64,000 bases of DNA from Phoronis australis (lineage: Eukaryota; Animalia; Phoronida), in the NCBI GenBank assembly GCA_002633005.1, contig NMRA01000108.1:539006-603005 (forward strand), given 5' to 3'. The position numbers were made by a program, and so were the translations under genes. Shown here piece by piece: positions 8,742 through 23,100 of the stretch; the stretch's first letter is position 1, and the number at the start of each line of letters is the position of its first letter. Under the pieces are notes generated by a model. It saw only the letters and a list, made by a program, of their open reading frames with translations, was not told the DNA's origin and did not search any database.

Positions 8742-11700
8742 GTAGACAGCTTTGCGCCAAGACTACCCTTAGGCCTAACTGGTCGCTGGCCACAAACACA
8801 AAAAACACGAAAATTGAACAAAGTTTCTTTTTTGTAGCAACGTTTGTCAAAATGTATCAACGTTAAATCTTCACAAATTACAAAGTAGCCGATTGAACAT
8901 GCCTTTCAGTTCAGCAAAAGTCGACATTGTAGGTGCCGCCAGAAATGAGACGAAGTCCAACGGGAATTGTGAGCACATTTATCACTTAATGAGTAACAAC
9001 TGCGAGGCTGAAATTTGGTGAACACTGCTAAATCGTGCAGAATAGTAAGTAAAGATATGTCTAACTAAATTTCACCGTAATTTGTTGGCGAAAACAATTT
9101 ACACAAAGTTTTAAACTCGTAACTCATCCCGCTGTCCTCCAATATGGCCGACGCGATCCAAACAAAGTGACCCAAATTTCGCCACGAAACTTGCAATAAC
9201 TTTACAGTGCTTCCCCCGATTTTGATACTTTTTCGATTTTTACTGAGTAGAATGCACTACCTTTCCGATGATAGCAAAGTACTTTTTCAAAACGAGGAAA
9301 AAATAAAAGCGAAAAAAAAAATTGGTTCGACCCATATTGGTTCCTAGGTTCGACCTGCATACGTAAGGAACTAAACACCAATGCTACTTTAACATACTAA
9401 GTACGCGTAACATTCAAAAAAAAAAACAACGACCACTAACTACAAACTATAAATACACTACATATGCAAACGAATCACAATATATTACTAAGGAAACAAA
9501 ATAATGAAGACTTTTCGAGCAAGCCATAGCACATTCAGTTACAAGGAAAAAATGGCGGCGTTCAGGACAAGTTCCTGAACTGATGAGCCGGAAATGTGGG
9601 AACGGAAATAACCGATGACAACCGGTAATCATACGCTCAGAGAGAAGGGTCAAATACTGTTGAAAAATCGCTTTTGGCAAGAAAGGCGAAAAGAATATAA
9701 TCAAAGGGTGTCGAAAATAAGAATTTATGTAGTAAGTATTTTTGGATACTGGAACCACATGGGCAGTTTGCAAGAAGGACTTTAAGCCCAAACATGTTCA
9801 GTGCATAAAAGGTGTGTGCAAGTGGTGGCGATGCGATCGGTAAACTTCCGACCAAGGATGAGCATTGATGCGCACACACGGAACTCCGTGTGTCGTTCAT
9901 CATGTTTCCACAGGGTCACTTTTCAGTTGTTTCGCTCAAGCCATTGCTTGTGTCTGTAGAACAACTGAGCAAGTACATTTTCATTTGAAGCAGCTATTCG
10001 CTTACCTAAGTGACTAATGACCAGTGACAATTAAAATGGAGATGCAGATAGCATTAGTTCACGCTTCGTTTTTCAGTCACGATATGGTAGTTTTTGATCC
10101 AAACCCCTCGTTTGCGTTACAGAAAACGTTATCAGGCTTTGCTCAAGTCACGTTTTCGCAAAAATCCCATTAGCAATGTGACGCGATGTTTTCTTCACTC
10201 AAACCACTGTTTGTTTGTATAGAATAACAACCGAACTGCACGGGGTAGCAGACCCACTGTCTTTTGCAATTTAAAAGCAATATCATTCCCGAAACATTTT
10301 GAGAAGGTTTCCACATTTCAGTTTTAATTTGAAATGAATATTCTCTTTGCGAATAGATTTTGCGTTCGCGCACTTATTTTCATCACGGTCAAGTTGCACT
10401 CCCTCTTCAGATGTTAAAACATGCTATGTCGACCAAACATAGAAGTCTCTTGTGAACCCCAAAGGTGGCGTTGATCTTATCTTGAAACCATCGTTGAAAA
10501 TAACATTTTACTTCGGGTACTTACAGTGGCCTAAAGATGACATTAAAAACATCAAAGTTTACAGGAAAAATCACTATTCTCTGCAGAAAACCTTAATTTT
10601 CCCAGCGCAGAAAACCTTGCCTCAGTGTTCACAGTTGCTCGGCAACACAGTGTCTCAAAACTTGCTGAATTTACCTGTTATATCCGTTGGTTAGTATATC
10701 AAAATCTTTAGATCATGGTCGGGTAGGCGTTTTCGGCTCTCTTCTTGGTATTAGGCAGAGAAATTTCTTGCAACTTGGCCTATCCTTGTCAAAACACGGA
10801 CCGCTGCTAAGAAATACATATCAACTATACACTTATAGGTACCAGCGACGTCTGCTTAGCTAGAAACGATGTCAATCGGACCCTGTAATGACTTCAAGCA
10901 GCAAACGATCACAGAATTTGGAAAAGTGTACTTTTACCTTTAGCCGAACGAGGGCGAGGGGGAGGACATAATACATTCATTAACTTTATAACATTTAGTG
11001 CAGTAATGTCGTGCATTTAAGAATTGACAATACTGACAAAAATTATTTCATCAAAGTTGCGTTGCGCTTGTTTACAAATTGAACTATACACCAAGGGCAC
11101 CAATCACACATGCGTATCGCTCAATCGTCTTACGAACCGTCACAAGCACGAACCACAGACAGGCTGTTCTTGGTTAGCCGACTCTCGGTCGAACCGGTCT
11201 CGCCACCTGGTGTTAATCACCACGTGTCTGCAAGGAAATCCAGAATTTATTCGTCAATTTTATTTATGTATTGCTGTATATAATTTCCCTTACTTTTGGT
11301 TCTAGTCGAGGAATTCCCTGGGGGGCCCGGAATTGCCATTCGGTGTTAACAAAGTTTGTTTTGTTAAATGAACCGACTACAGATTGCGTTAATCAATGTT
11401 AATAGAAAATACATTATAACAAAGACATAGTTAAGTATTAATGGAATTGCAAATCTGTTACAAGCTTGATGATACATTTATCAACACATTCCTTAGAGGA
11501 AAATTTGAAATAGGTCTTTGTTCTAACACATGAATTCTTAATTGCGAAGTAGGCCTGTCTCTCCTGCTGACTGTTTCTAATGCAAGAAGTGATAGTTCAT
11601 TGATCTGATTTTCAGAAATACCGATTTTAATAATTCACGTTAATTACTCTTTAAACGGAAACGAAAATGGCATTGACAAGTTATTCAAAAGCATTACCGG

Positions 11701-12283
11701 CACCGTATAAGGCCTAACGAATATTTAATTCGACTGGTGATCTAACGTCGCAAACATTTGCGAAAATTCATTTGATTATTATGGCATACTTTTTATAATG
11801 ACCAGAGGTAAACGTTTTGCAAGATTGGACACATTTTCTGGCTTGACCGATTTCCACATATGTAGTCCGTCATGTCTGCATTGCTAAAAAACGTCGATCT
11901 ATTTATATCGTTCAACTATACAACATTGCTTAGGAACATCAATACGGTGACAAGGTTGCTTTTAATTCCTAATGAAACTAATTAACGATTCATCGTGTAG
12001 CGCAAAAAGAGCGCGCATTTTCTTCGCGATTTCATTTATGAGGATACAGCCAGAATATTGATCAGCTAACCATTCGCACATAGAAATATTTCGATACCCA
12101 CTCACAACGACCAAACTGTCGTTATCGCTAAATGTCACTGACAGCAATCGATATATAGCCAGCGCGAGATCTTTCGAGGGCATATAGCGCAGCAAACTAA
12201 AACGTAGGTCACGTGCTCAAAGCAATCCTCCGTCAATCAACCACTCTTGTTTGCAACGGTGAAACTTTCTGGAAAACGGGAAA

Positions 12284-12363
12284 ATGTCTGTTTTGTTGAC
12301 AGCTGCCAAGAATTCTGTACGACCCAAGAGCCGTGCCAAGAGCGCGAAGAAGACCAAAAAACG
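12284..12363 (+). CDS. Putative first coding exon of a small Lys/Arg-rich protein (paralog A)
   Basis: AAA-ATG, in-frame TGA upstream at 12260, MSVLLTAAKNSVRPKSRAKSAKKTKK(R), strong phase-2 donor GTAAGT at 12364; protein-level similarity to 19340-19434. Confidence 0.55.
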
Positions 12364-14670
12364 GTAAGTAGGGGCGAAATTTACACATGAGCTGTTTCTA
12401 AGTATCTGCGATCCATACGTTTGGTAAACATTGAGTGAGGAGACATATTGAATATTTTATATAGCACGTCATGGACAAGGCTACCACTGGCGGTATATTT
12501 GGTTAGTATCTTTGGTTCTATGTAAAACAAATGGACGAAAATTCTACTACTAAGTCTCGTAGCGGACGCCTGTTTCCACGGCAACTAAATCGTCGATCCA
12601 AGTATTAATCTAATAAATACCTTTGAGAATATATCTAGGCTTATACACTAAAATTCATTTACTAATTACTTAAAATTTAATGGAGTTTATGTCCGGATTG
12701 CGTGATGGCTGGGAGTTACAAAATACGGACGGGTCTCGTTAAAACTGGGAAATCTAAACAGATGCAATCGGTCACCTGAAGGAAACAGTCACTGACCCCC
12801 AGTTCACTCATAGTTTATGAATCATTTAAAGCCGCAATTCCTTTTCATTTACTATCAAATATGAAATCAAGATATATGTTAATACGTTTATCAAACTAGA
12901 TAAAACCTTTCTTAGTCACGATAGCATCGATCTCAACCTTCAGTTAGAAATAAGACGACGTCAAGCTGAGTTTGAACAGTCAACTTTTCGAAGGCCTGGC
13001 CGTATGACTTCCGAAGCCGTTCATAATTACTCTATAACGACCGTAATGAGTTTGTGGCCAATGAAATGAAGCCCCATCATGACATGAGGCTTTTTTCAAG
13101 TCTGCTTTTGTGGGAATGAGCTGTTTAGTTTTGATTTTGGTTCTCGGACAGTTTTTAACAGCCCTGGTGTATTTCTGTTTCCCTGTCCTTGCTTTCGATT
13201 GTCGCCCCGTGGTCGGTGCCGTTATGAGCTGCTAAATGGCAAGGGTTGGTGTCTGAACGATAGAAGTGGTGGGCGATTATTAGGCACAATATATTTCAGA
13301 CATTACATATCTACTGCTACCCCTGCCATTAGGAAGCAAATGTACCCACGGAATGTATATGTAACGGACTGTAGTCAATTGAACTGACAAGTCAGAATAA
13401 TGCCTACACACACACAGCTCGGGAAACTGGTGGCAGTGGCGGCACAAATGTGCTAAAAAGGTAAAATAATAAAATCAAGAGCACATAAATATTCTTGGGT
13501 TAGCCTAGAAAAACTAAACCACATACAAGCGCAATGTTCGTTTTGAAGTTTATGCCTCAACATATTTCTAAGCCATCGATTAAAAAATAAAATAAGGTCG
13601 TGTTCCGCAGTCCCAAGACGTTTGCGAGTAAAGCTAATGTGATGACGTTATTTGGTTGTAATGCATGGCGATATCTCGCGAAGACTTGTGTGATTGTGCT
13701 TTTTTGTTAGATTCTTGGGTCGGAGGAGACGACTGCAGGCCACCACACAAAGTATTCCTGTTAATTTTTTTTTGAGAACCACAGTTTTAGCAGGCGTTTG
13801 GGTGTGTTTTCTTCATGTCACAATGTGGGATTGTTTTCTGTTAGGTATTGCAACGGGTAGGTGTGAATTTGTGGTCAGCGAAGTTTCTTTTCCTTTTCTC
13901 TCTACTCCCGGTCACCTTCACTGTTTCACTCCTATGGTGGCCACGTCCTAGGTTATTGAATTTGTTCCAGCTGAAGCAGACTGAACAGTGACAAGGCGGA
14001 TCATTGAGCGCACCTCACTTCTGTGGGGGGGGGAGCTGCGTTTACACCCGTCACGTCCCCTTTACAGTTGGCTGCAGTAATGTTTATACGCTCTCAAAAT
14101 GTAATGCTTTTTCTTGGCTCCTTCGTTATCCCCTAAATAACAAACAGATTATATGTTTTAGTCACTTACCGAGTCTGTGACATCATTGGATAAACAGTTC
14201 AACCAGAAGGGACCCAAATACGGTTTATCTCCGCGTGTATGCATAAATGTATTTATTTATTTATTATTGTAATATTTACATTGAGGGTAGCCCCATCAGT
14301 TCTCACTGTTTTCCATTGGGGGCCCTCTGTAAAAATATACAAAGACCGTGTCGTTGCACGTAACAATGCCATAAATAAAATATAAACACTGACAACGAAG
14401 CAATGTTGTACTTCCTTTACGCTTTTGGGTCAAAAAACAAAACACATTTCCGTTGTTCGAAATAAAACACAACAATTTCGTTGTCTGCGTATGCCTGATG
14501 GTTTTAGTCGAAACTAAGATAACACAGCAATTTTGCGGTCTCTTTATGACCGAGACAAAACATCGTACTTCCGCTGTATTTGTATCACAATACCCAGTGC
14601 CTTTTCTTTCCTTGTGACATCACTCTCCGCCATATTTATAACGTAATGCACATTTAAGTGCAGTCTAAAA

Positions 14671-14826
14671 CAATGCTGTAGTGGTAAAATTAGAGGTAAG
14701 TAGGCACCAAAAGCCCACCGTATCCCCTTGAAGACTGAACGTAATTTATGATGCGTAGGCGCTACGTTCAAATGCCAAAAGATGGTTGGCTGCGCCTACG
14801 TGCGCCTACGCCCCACTACAGCACCG
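14671..14826. mobile_element. MITE
   Basis: TIRs CAATGCTGTAGTGG / CCACTACAGCACCG; subterminal GCGCCTAC / GTAGGC repeats. Confidence 0.65.
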
Positions 14827-15023
14827 TTAAAACACCTTTGTGTCCAAATCCCAGTGATACTAATTTGTGACAAAATACTCCAATAAAATTCAAATACAAA
14901 TAACCCAAGAATTTTTCAGGTAGCAACTTCCTTCAGGTGTCCGATACAAAGCCTAGATTGATCACTAGAAAACACAATTGTGGAACAATGATTTCATAAG
15001 TGCACTACTGTTACTTATCCGGA

Positions 15024-15200
15024 ATACCTCGGGTATTTTCGTAGTCTCGAATTTCCGCTCGGGTGTGAACGTTTTTTTTTGTCTGTGGGAACGTGGGTAA
15101 ACCCCGGGTATTCTGGGTGCACAAGCAAACAACGTTTATCTCAAAGGGTAAAGCTGACGCTACAAAAATTTCAGAGATTTTCTGAAAGCATTTTCCGAGA
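15024..15200. repeat. Dispersed repeat fragment shared with 27488-27645
   Basis: Shared blocks CCTCGGGTATTT..GTGAACGTT and TAAAG..GACGCTACAAAAA..TCTG.AAG. Confidence 0.55.
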
Positions 15201-18200
15201 CATCAACGGTGAAAACAGTCCAAGGACTCTGCTGAGGAGGAACGCTTTTGACATGTTTATCAGTTCTATTAAATTTTGGAAAACATGAAATCAATATCGT
15301 ACCGTTGTATTATTTTAAGTGTATTAAGCCCTAGTGTCAACTGTGCTACCGGATGTCGGAATTAAAAGTCAAATACACGGAGAATTAAGTGAAGACAAAA
15401 TCGCCAACTTCAAACTTAGGGATTTTAATCGAACCCTCAGAACGCTTATCACAGGAGTGGACACTTCACCACTGTCAACCAAACTCCAGCCACGCAAAAT
15501 TTTAGTGAAAAACTCTGTGATGCTTGGTCAGGGTTTTTGTTTTGCAAGTTCCGTCGCTGTAATAAGAGTTCCTCTCCTTGGTAATGGCTCGTAAGCCCTT
15601 GGCACGGTTTAAATTACAACCCTGAACTTTCAACGTTTGTGGTGGTGCATCTAGACACAGAATGTATTTTTGACGAGGTGAAAACTTTATCAGTGAGCGG
15701 ATTTCGCCTACCGCCCGTTTAAAATACACGGGACGAAATTAGTACAGAACGCGATAGAACGTATTGTAGTGCGAATCTGAAGTTCATTTGCCATAACAGC
15801 AATGCTTTTTGGGCATTTTTCGAACTAAACGGCTAAAAACTCGAAGACAATAACAGAATACACTCTGCTACCGTATTGGGCAAATGACCAAACGACAAGC
15901 TTTTGCCCCACTTCCCGTGACGTCACAGTTAAGTCTCATATAATCTCGCGTTATTGTTATAAACTCGCAAAAGGCCTATTAAGTCTGACCAGTGAATCCC
16001 ACTCAGTTCCTAGTAATCAAATATAAAACCAGGAGGCCCAACTCTCCGTATTTACAATCTAAAATGGTTCCCACTGAAGAGATTTTTAAAAATCGTGGAG
16101 AGATGAAATGTCTTCATGGTGGTGTACAGTTCCTATGTTGCTTTTCGTGTGATGTTTCATTTGTGTTTGCAGTAAAAACAATTGATTTTAAAGTGACGCA
16201 CACGTGGCACCATTATGCTTGCTCAACATACTTCTGAAAATCAAACGAAAACGTGAAATCTTTGCTTACTGGTATTACTCATACAACGATCGTGCATATA
16301 TTGCCATATTGATGAAAACAAAATGTCGGTACAAATGCGTTCAATTTGCGACGCTCACTGTCTATCATTCAATACTTCCAATTGTTTATAGGGAGACACT
16401 CATGCGTACAAACATATCAGAATATCAAAAATCGATTGCTACATAAATAGACAAAAGGTTCTTTCAAAAAATCAATTGTGGGGTAAGAAGGATAAATACT
16501 GTACATTAAAAATGCATGAAAATCAATGATATGCCAAAGCACATCAAATGTTTAGTTTTAATATTTTTCTATAAACATCGCCAACGAAGTTGAATTGTGG
16601 GTTTAATCAATGATGTAAACATCGGGAACACAAATGTCTCTCTAATGCAAGCCGCTCACTTTACTGGACAGTACGAACCTACCCAGAGTGCAACTTGTTG
16701 TAAATAAGAAAACAATTTCACGTTTGTTTTATTAGATTTTCGGAGTACTTTCTTGCATAATGGACGATGTTATTGATTTTTTAAGCGATTGTGTGAAGAA
16801 CACCGATAGATGTCACTGCGTTGTTTGGAGTCTCGTTACAAACAGAACTTTGCGTGATGTGAAGACATGCAAACTCCGGAAACGGACTCCTGAAGCCCAT
16901 GAGCGTTCACGTGGCACGTCTTGTTCCTTATTTTAGTAAGATTTAAAAATCTTTCGTTTCAAAGGCGTTTTCAATTTCCCCAGTAATCAGTAAACATACA
17001 GCACACAAAAGGCAAAGTTAAGCGCTGTATTTGGGAATAAAAATCTTAACAGTTAGCCTATTGCTTCATAAGACCTCAAGTAAGCTTCATTCGTGTACCT
17101 TGGTCACACATCGAGCAATGCTCTGCCTAATCGGGATTCAAAGCTTGATCGGGCGATTTTCATTCGACCTAATGACTTTTCCGTGCTAAAAATTGTCACA
17201 CCGAGATTCTTGGTAGCGTTGGCCTGGTAACGGCATCAAACACTTGAAGTAGGCAACGGTGCACTGGAGGATCCAGGAGGCGGTCACAACGCCCAGCGAA
17301 CCATTGTTCGCCATAACCGTAGAGATGGGTCGTCATTGACCAAGAATTCAGTTGGAGGGTCTAAGGCAACCCACAAATCCCTTCTGATGTTAGAACACGC
17401 ATGGCTAATTTTGTTGTTTCTACAATTAAAATCGCGTTGGATCTAATGTTGTTCAGATACAAATTCTGTTGAATTGTTAAAAGCAGAAATGCATCTTGAG
17501 TTCCTTTCTCCTGCTACGTAGCTGCACACCTGAAGAAAGGAGATTGTTTTGACACAACGAACGACTCTTTATCAAGCTTTCAAACAAAAGTTTAATCGTG
17601 TTTTCAACGAAGTTTGTGTCAACAAAGGGCTACTACCGAACTATACTGGCGTGAAGGAGAAAAGAAAGACCGGGTGGCATTTTTGTAAAATTCCACTCAA
17701 ATTACTTTATCGAAAATTGTGAATTTCCCACGGTGAACCGTATACCGCTTCTATTGATCATGATTTTTTAGAATTTAATTAAGACCTCGTGGTGGTAATC
17801 CAGTGATTTTTATATTAATTAAAAAGATGCATCCTCTGTCTGACATTATTGATTATGATTATATTTCAAATGTTCATTTCAAAATGTAATTCCAAACCTT
17901 GTAAATATTGAAGCATTTCCTGTTATCCAATACCACTTAAATGTCACACTTTCGCAACAGAAAATGTCATTTTTGGTAAATACTAAATGTAATACGATTT
18001 GCATTCAAAGCATTGCAATCTTTCACATTGCTACAGTGCACTATAGGTGGCGCTGTGTCAGTGGCTATTAAAGCATGGGAATCAATTTCCGCTTATTGTA
18101 TTCATTATTTTTAGGGTGTAAACTGGATTTAGCACAAAGAAGTCTATATGAAAGCATGCACGTGGACGATTTAGCTATTTTCGCATTCTTTTGGTCACAG

Positions 18201-18467
18201 TCAAAATATGAAATCGAAGTTACTATGCAACCGCCTTCGGCGATTTCGACGTTTTTGAAAACATTAAATTCCGTCTGTAAATTCGTCTACCGTGAAAAAT
18301 AATACGATTTTGACTACTTATCGTTAGGAAATCAATCTCAAATTGCTCCCTAATGAAAATTATTAGGATCTTTTCTGAGCTTGTGGGGAACTGACAGTTC
18401 GCCTTTGCTTGAGACAAAGTTGACTCGTCAAGGTGTGTCATGTTATTCGTCGAACATGGTCTTAAAC

Positions 18468-18705
18468 CATGCGCGCGCCTAGCCTACAATATAAGCGGGC
18501 TCGAATTTTTCGATATGCGAACCTTTTACTGAAAGAAACCAACGACTAAAAACACGGGACCACTAGGCTGAGGCCCACGAACCGTTGCTCCGCTCCTTCC
18601 CTTGGATTTTGTCGACTTTTCTCTCGTTTACTCGGACTTTTTGTTTCACTGAGGCGGACCTTTTTGCCCAATTCGCCAAATTGCCCTCCCCCGGGTGCGC
18701 CCATG
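18468..18705. mobile_element. MITE with 5-bp TSD
   Basis: Ends CATGCGCGCGCC / GGTGCGCCCATG; TAAAC immediately flanks both sides. Confidence 0.65.
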
Positions 18706-19339
18706 TAAACACTAGAGTATTCTAGGTTCTTTGCAAGACCAAAAACAGCTTCTCATCTGTGTAAGGAACAATTTGAGACCAATTTAATTACGGTAAGTTC
18801 TAAATCAAAGATCGCTTCATGGAGGGAACGCGGGTTTGTAGACGCTTTAAGATTTGAATTAGTCCAGTTATGGTCCAGAAAGTCTCTGTTTTACCGCATT
18901 CACAATGGAAGTGTTCCTCAACTGGGGAGGAACTGTGGCTACAGATTGAATATGATACATCTTGGAACTTATCATTTCATTATGCGCTTTCAATGAACTT
19001 TATAATGGATGGAAGAATTCGAATGAGACTGGCAGGTTCCCTTGAGAAGTGGGATTTTGGTACCCTCTAACAGTACATACGAACAAAAACTTAAATTTGC
19101 AGAGACCACACGATTTTGTGCAAATATTAACCCGGTTCGATAAACTTAATCGGTTATCTGTTTTCGAGTGCTTTCGCGAATTCCCTTTCGAGAGCCCCGT
19201 TCTACAAAGAATATTTTATTTATCAATCGATACATAGCGCTTGTGCATTCATTTAAAAGTTTGAGGACGAGACTGACAGGTCATTTATTAATTTTTGAGT
19301 TTGGTTTGTGCGGATTCAGTGTCCTGGCAATATTGAAGA

Positions 19340-20157
19340 ATGTCTGTGGTATTAACAGCGGCGAGGAAAAGCGTACAAAAGCCCAAAAGTCCAAAACCGA
19401 AGAAAAAGACTTCTGTATCGAGCACCGAGCGCAGGTATCGTGTTTCGTCTATTGATGTACTGTATCGGGTTTGTGTTTCTCCTGCCTGAGGGCCATATGG
19501 TCTGCCAAAGTAGGCAATGCTTTTCACGCGTAACAAATTAGTCAATTCTACAAGCAATCTCAACAACGAGGGCAATTATCAGGGCCTGGAAAAATTTGCT
19601 CTCGTAAAACAAGACGTCACAAAACTGTAGTTTTTCTACAATTTTGTGAACTAGCCACGCAGAAGTGCAGCGTGTGCCTTCTGGTTTTTAGCCCCGCGTG
19701 TCGGGTTCACAACTTCGTCAAAATTGAACCAAGTGAATTTTAACATATTTCTTCTTGATTTTAAGTTTCACTTTCGCCTGCGTCTAAGCCGTTCATTTCA
19801 GAGGTTAATTGCGCTAAAATAGAACCTAAGTTCAGTTTGTTTTTAACAACGCTTCCGGGTTCTTCCAATATCACAACTTTTACTAGTTTGCGCACTGTCC
19901 GTTGATCTGAGACAAATTAATTTGTCTCGTTGCTTGCAGTGGCGGAATTAGAGGGGGCCAAGGGGGCCACGCCCCCCCTAAAATTCTCCACGATTATATT
20001 TGACAGTTCGGGGGTGCGAATGTCTGACGGGCAAAATCCTGGCTAATACTCTGCCCGCCCCCCCAACTCAAAATCCTGGATCCGCCCCTGATTTGCTTCC
20101 AGATGTTTTCGGAAAGATCATGAAATCCAGAGACAAATGTATATTGCAAAATATTGA
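19340..20157 (+). CDS. Putative two-exon gene for a 49-aa basic microprotein (paralog B; exons 19340-19434 and 20103-20157)
   Basis: AGA-ATG with in-frame TGA at 19334; MSVVLTAARKSVQKPKSPKPKKKTSVSSTER; phase-2 donor at 19435; candidate acceptor ttccag ending 20102 gives RCFRKDHEIQRQMYIAKY*; AATAAA at 20339. Exon 2 is less certain than exon 1. Confidence 0.5.
19937..20090. mobile_element. G/C-run MITE
   Basis: TIRs CAGTGGCGGAATT / GGATCCGCCCCTG with internal G and C runs. Confidence 0.75.
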
Positions 20158-23100
20158 AAACGACCTTATGGATGTCGAACGTGGGAGAGCACTGTAACTG
20201 TTGAAGCTCAGATGATACTATTCACTATTTTTTTCAATGAAATTCTTGGAAGTTGTAGAGACGACTGTTGTTCACGCTATACAGCGAAAAAAGCCGGAGG
20301 CTTACATACGTATATACAAAAAATTATCATTAACAACAAATAAAAAGCACTATATACATGTATACAGATACCAAATCCATGTGTCATTGACATGAATCAA
20401 GATTTTCAATAATTATATTCTCGGTTGCACGCTTTCACTGGAGTATTTCGGTCGCAGCATTTGGTTAGACCTCCTTAATCCAAAATTGGAAGATAATGTT
20501 ACTTCCTATTCCAAACAAAGTGGCCCGCTGTCCTCTTAAGATGAGCTAGTAAAAATGAAATTTGTCACCTCTGAGAAAATTAGGGTGATCTGAAAAAATT
20601 GTGAATGCTCAAGAAAAAAAAAAACAAAAACACGCGGCTACCCGTCCTAGCATTACATTTTATACAAAACAATACATTTGTTAGGTAATTAAGAATTTAA
20701 AAATCATTTTGTGTTATTGGTTGACAATGCGACATGTGGTAAAATGTGGCCCAAATTATCAATTAATGTCGGACAGTTGTGATAACAATTTTCTCAATTC
20801 TGAATGTTATTTATACAGTTTGCTAAACCCGGTTTTTACGTGTGATCTGGTATGAACAACGGCGCTCCCATCATGCTCTTCAAAATGAGAATCTGTAACC
20901 CTTGCCAACCATAAAGGAGAAGGTCCGAAAACTCGTAACAACGTCGGCAAAACTTACAAGCGTGACTAACAATCTTGGCGAGTTACTGTGGAGAACGGCC
21001 AGCCACCAAGTACGTGAGAGTCCACTTTAAAACGCAATGGACAAGTGTTTTAGTTGACAGTTTTATTTGTCACTAAGGTGTGATACAAATGGTGCGTTAG
21101 CCGGTGACGGAACTATGCTTGACGGAAACCTTGGTCTGAAGTCACCAAAAGAGAGCTTTCTTTTATAGAAGTGGTAACACTTTTTCTTCAATAAAAAAGA
21201 TGTACACATTTGGGATGACTTAGTCTTTGAAACAGCTAAGATAATCCTGCGGAATTTTCAATGAAGGAATTGCCCAGTCACATGCCAACTCTGAGGAAGT
21301 TCGTGATCGTTTGAGAAGAAAAGCGGTACGAGAACAATTCTCAGTTTAATTATGTGTTGCAATCAGTTTTGTTGTCAATTGATACAATGCGTACGGCGAT
21401 CGAAAACCATTTCTGACTTTCTATTCATTTTTATATTTACAGATAACAGTAATCAATGTGTCTCGCGATCGTATTGACTGTGACATAGTTTGTAGTCAAG
21501 TGTGTACACGTGACATTTATTTCCCGTACCATTATTTACGAGTCTGCTGGTCGCTTCTCATTTATACTTGTTCGGATCCGGTCATAATTAGCCTACACTC
21601 TTTCCCAATGCTATGAAAAGGTGAAGACTCGGACTCCGGAATGGTTAAATGGGGGCGCGTTCCGTTAACGCAAGACACAATCGAGGCAGCTGCGGCGAGA
21701 GATTTTCGCTTATAATTGTACGGAAATGGTGAATTCTATCCCACAATTCAACATTCCAGCGTCACCGAACTTTCACTTCTTTGCTAGTGTATGCGGGTAA
21801 GATTCAGAATGACCATAGCGGCGTGAAACATTCGCACTTCACTCGTGATTTTACGTGGTCGCGCGTAACGTAGCGAGAAACTTGGCCTTATGGAACATAG
21901 TCTTGCCATCATAGTCTAATGAACATTTCGAAAACTTGGCCATTTAGTCAGATTTCGACTATAGTAATCTACAGTCTGATTTCATGAATGCATACGTATG
22001 TCGACAATTCAAATTCCTTATAGTTTCTATCATTGTCGATATTTTTTATTCAGTTGCTCGATGGTTTTACTGTGCGCGGCAACTATTTGGATAACCTTTG
22101 ATGGAGATACACATAGACGCACCTTTGTACTGCAAACCAAAACAAAGTGTCATGCTCGAGTGACACCGTGAACAGTGGGCATGGTGATCACAACCCGAGT
22201 TATCTTCTGTATTGACTTAGTTACGCCAATTAAGGCTGTAAAAGCATATTTTTACGTTCAGCTGGTTTCAATAGACCGGTTGACCTAGGTCCTCCTTCAT
22301 TGACCAAGATGCCGGAAAACCAGACGTCAGTAGGTACATTCAGTGTTCACCAAACTCTAAATGCTAAGACAGGCTGGATGGAAACTAACCATGAGAACCC
22401 CGAGTCTACGACACAACACTCTGACATTCCGAATGGTCGGAAGGTAATGTTTGGACGTTCAGTGGTAAGAAGTTGCTGAAACCGTCAGACTAAATCGTCG
22501 AGGGATGCAGTGTCCATCTTCGAATTATGTGACTCCGACTCAAGATTAGAAGGCGTCTAGTAAAACTACAAAATGACGTTTCAAGTACTTTTCGGCTCAT
22601 TCCCGGACCATTTGTTTATGACCAACGTCCAAGTCAGGAGCGGAATTCTGTGTGTTTTGAATCATCCTCGTACGGTGCTACTCTTGTCGGACAGCGCCAC
22701 CGTGTATGTCGTAGTACTCTAAAACTTAGTCTATATTCAACGTAGGCTTGCTGTGACTACTGTACGAATCATAAAAGAAGGTGAATGTCGAAAACTGACC
22801 AACAGTTCGACAGCTTCCCGTTCAAAAGGCGTATTTCTGACTTTTCTTTTAGCGTAATGGCAATAAATAGGGCCCGGCTGGTAAGTGCAAACAGACGCTA
22901 TTCACCGTGAAACTGCACTTGCTCCTTGTGAAACACTCGCGTGACCACGCCAAATTCAGTCAACGAAAGATACAATCCCTCGGAAACACCTTTGGATAGA
23001 TTTCTTCGCTTGCGTGATGCCCTTGTCGTAGTTGATAAATTAACAATATGCTATCTCTCCAACGAGAATACGACGCATACCAACGCCTGTTGTGATGCAA

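Noticed and set aside
17100-17529. Minus-strand exon-like segment with a good acceptor (ctttcttcag)
   Set aside because: All three frames hit stops shortly after the acceptor and no homology was recognised; a lncRNA exon cannot be supported without RNA data.
22785-22886. ATG-initiated 32-codon segment ending at GTAAGT
   Set aside because: No similarity to the MSV.LTAA exons and no partner exon found.
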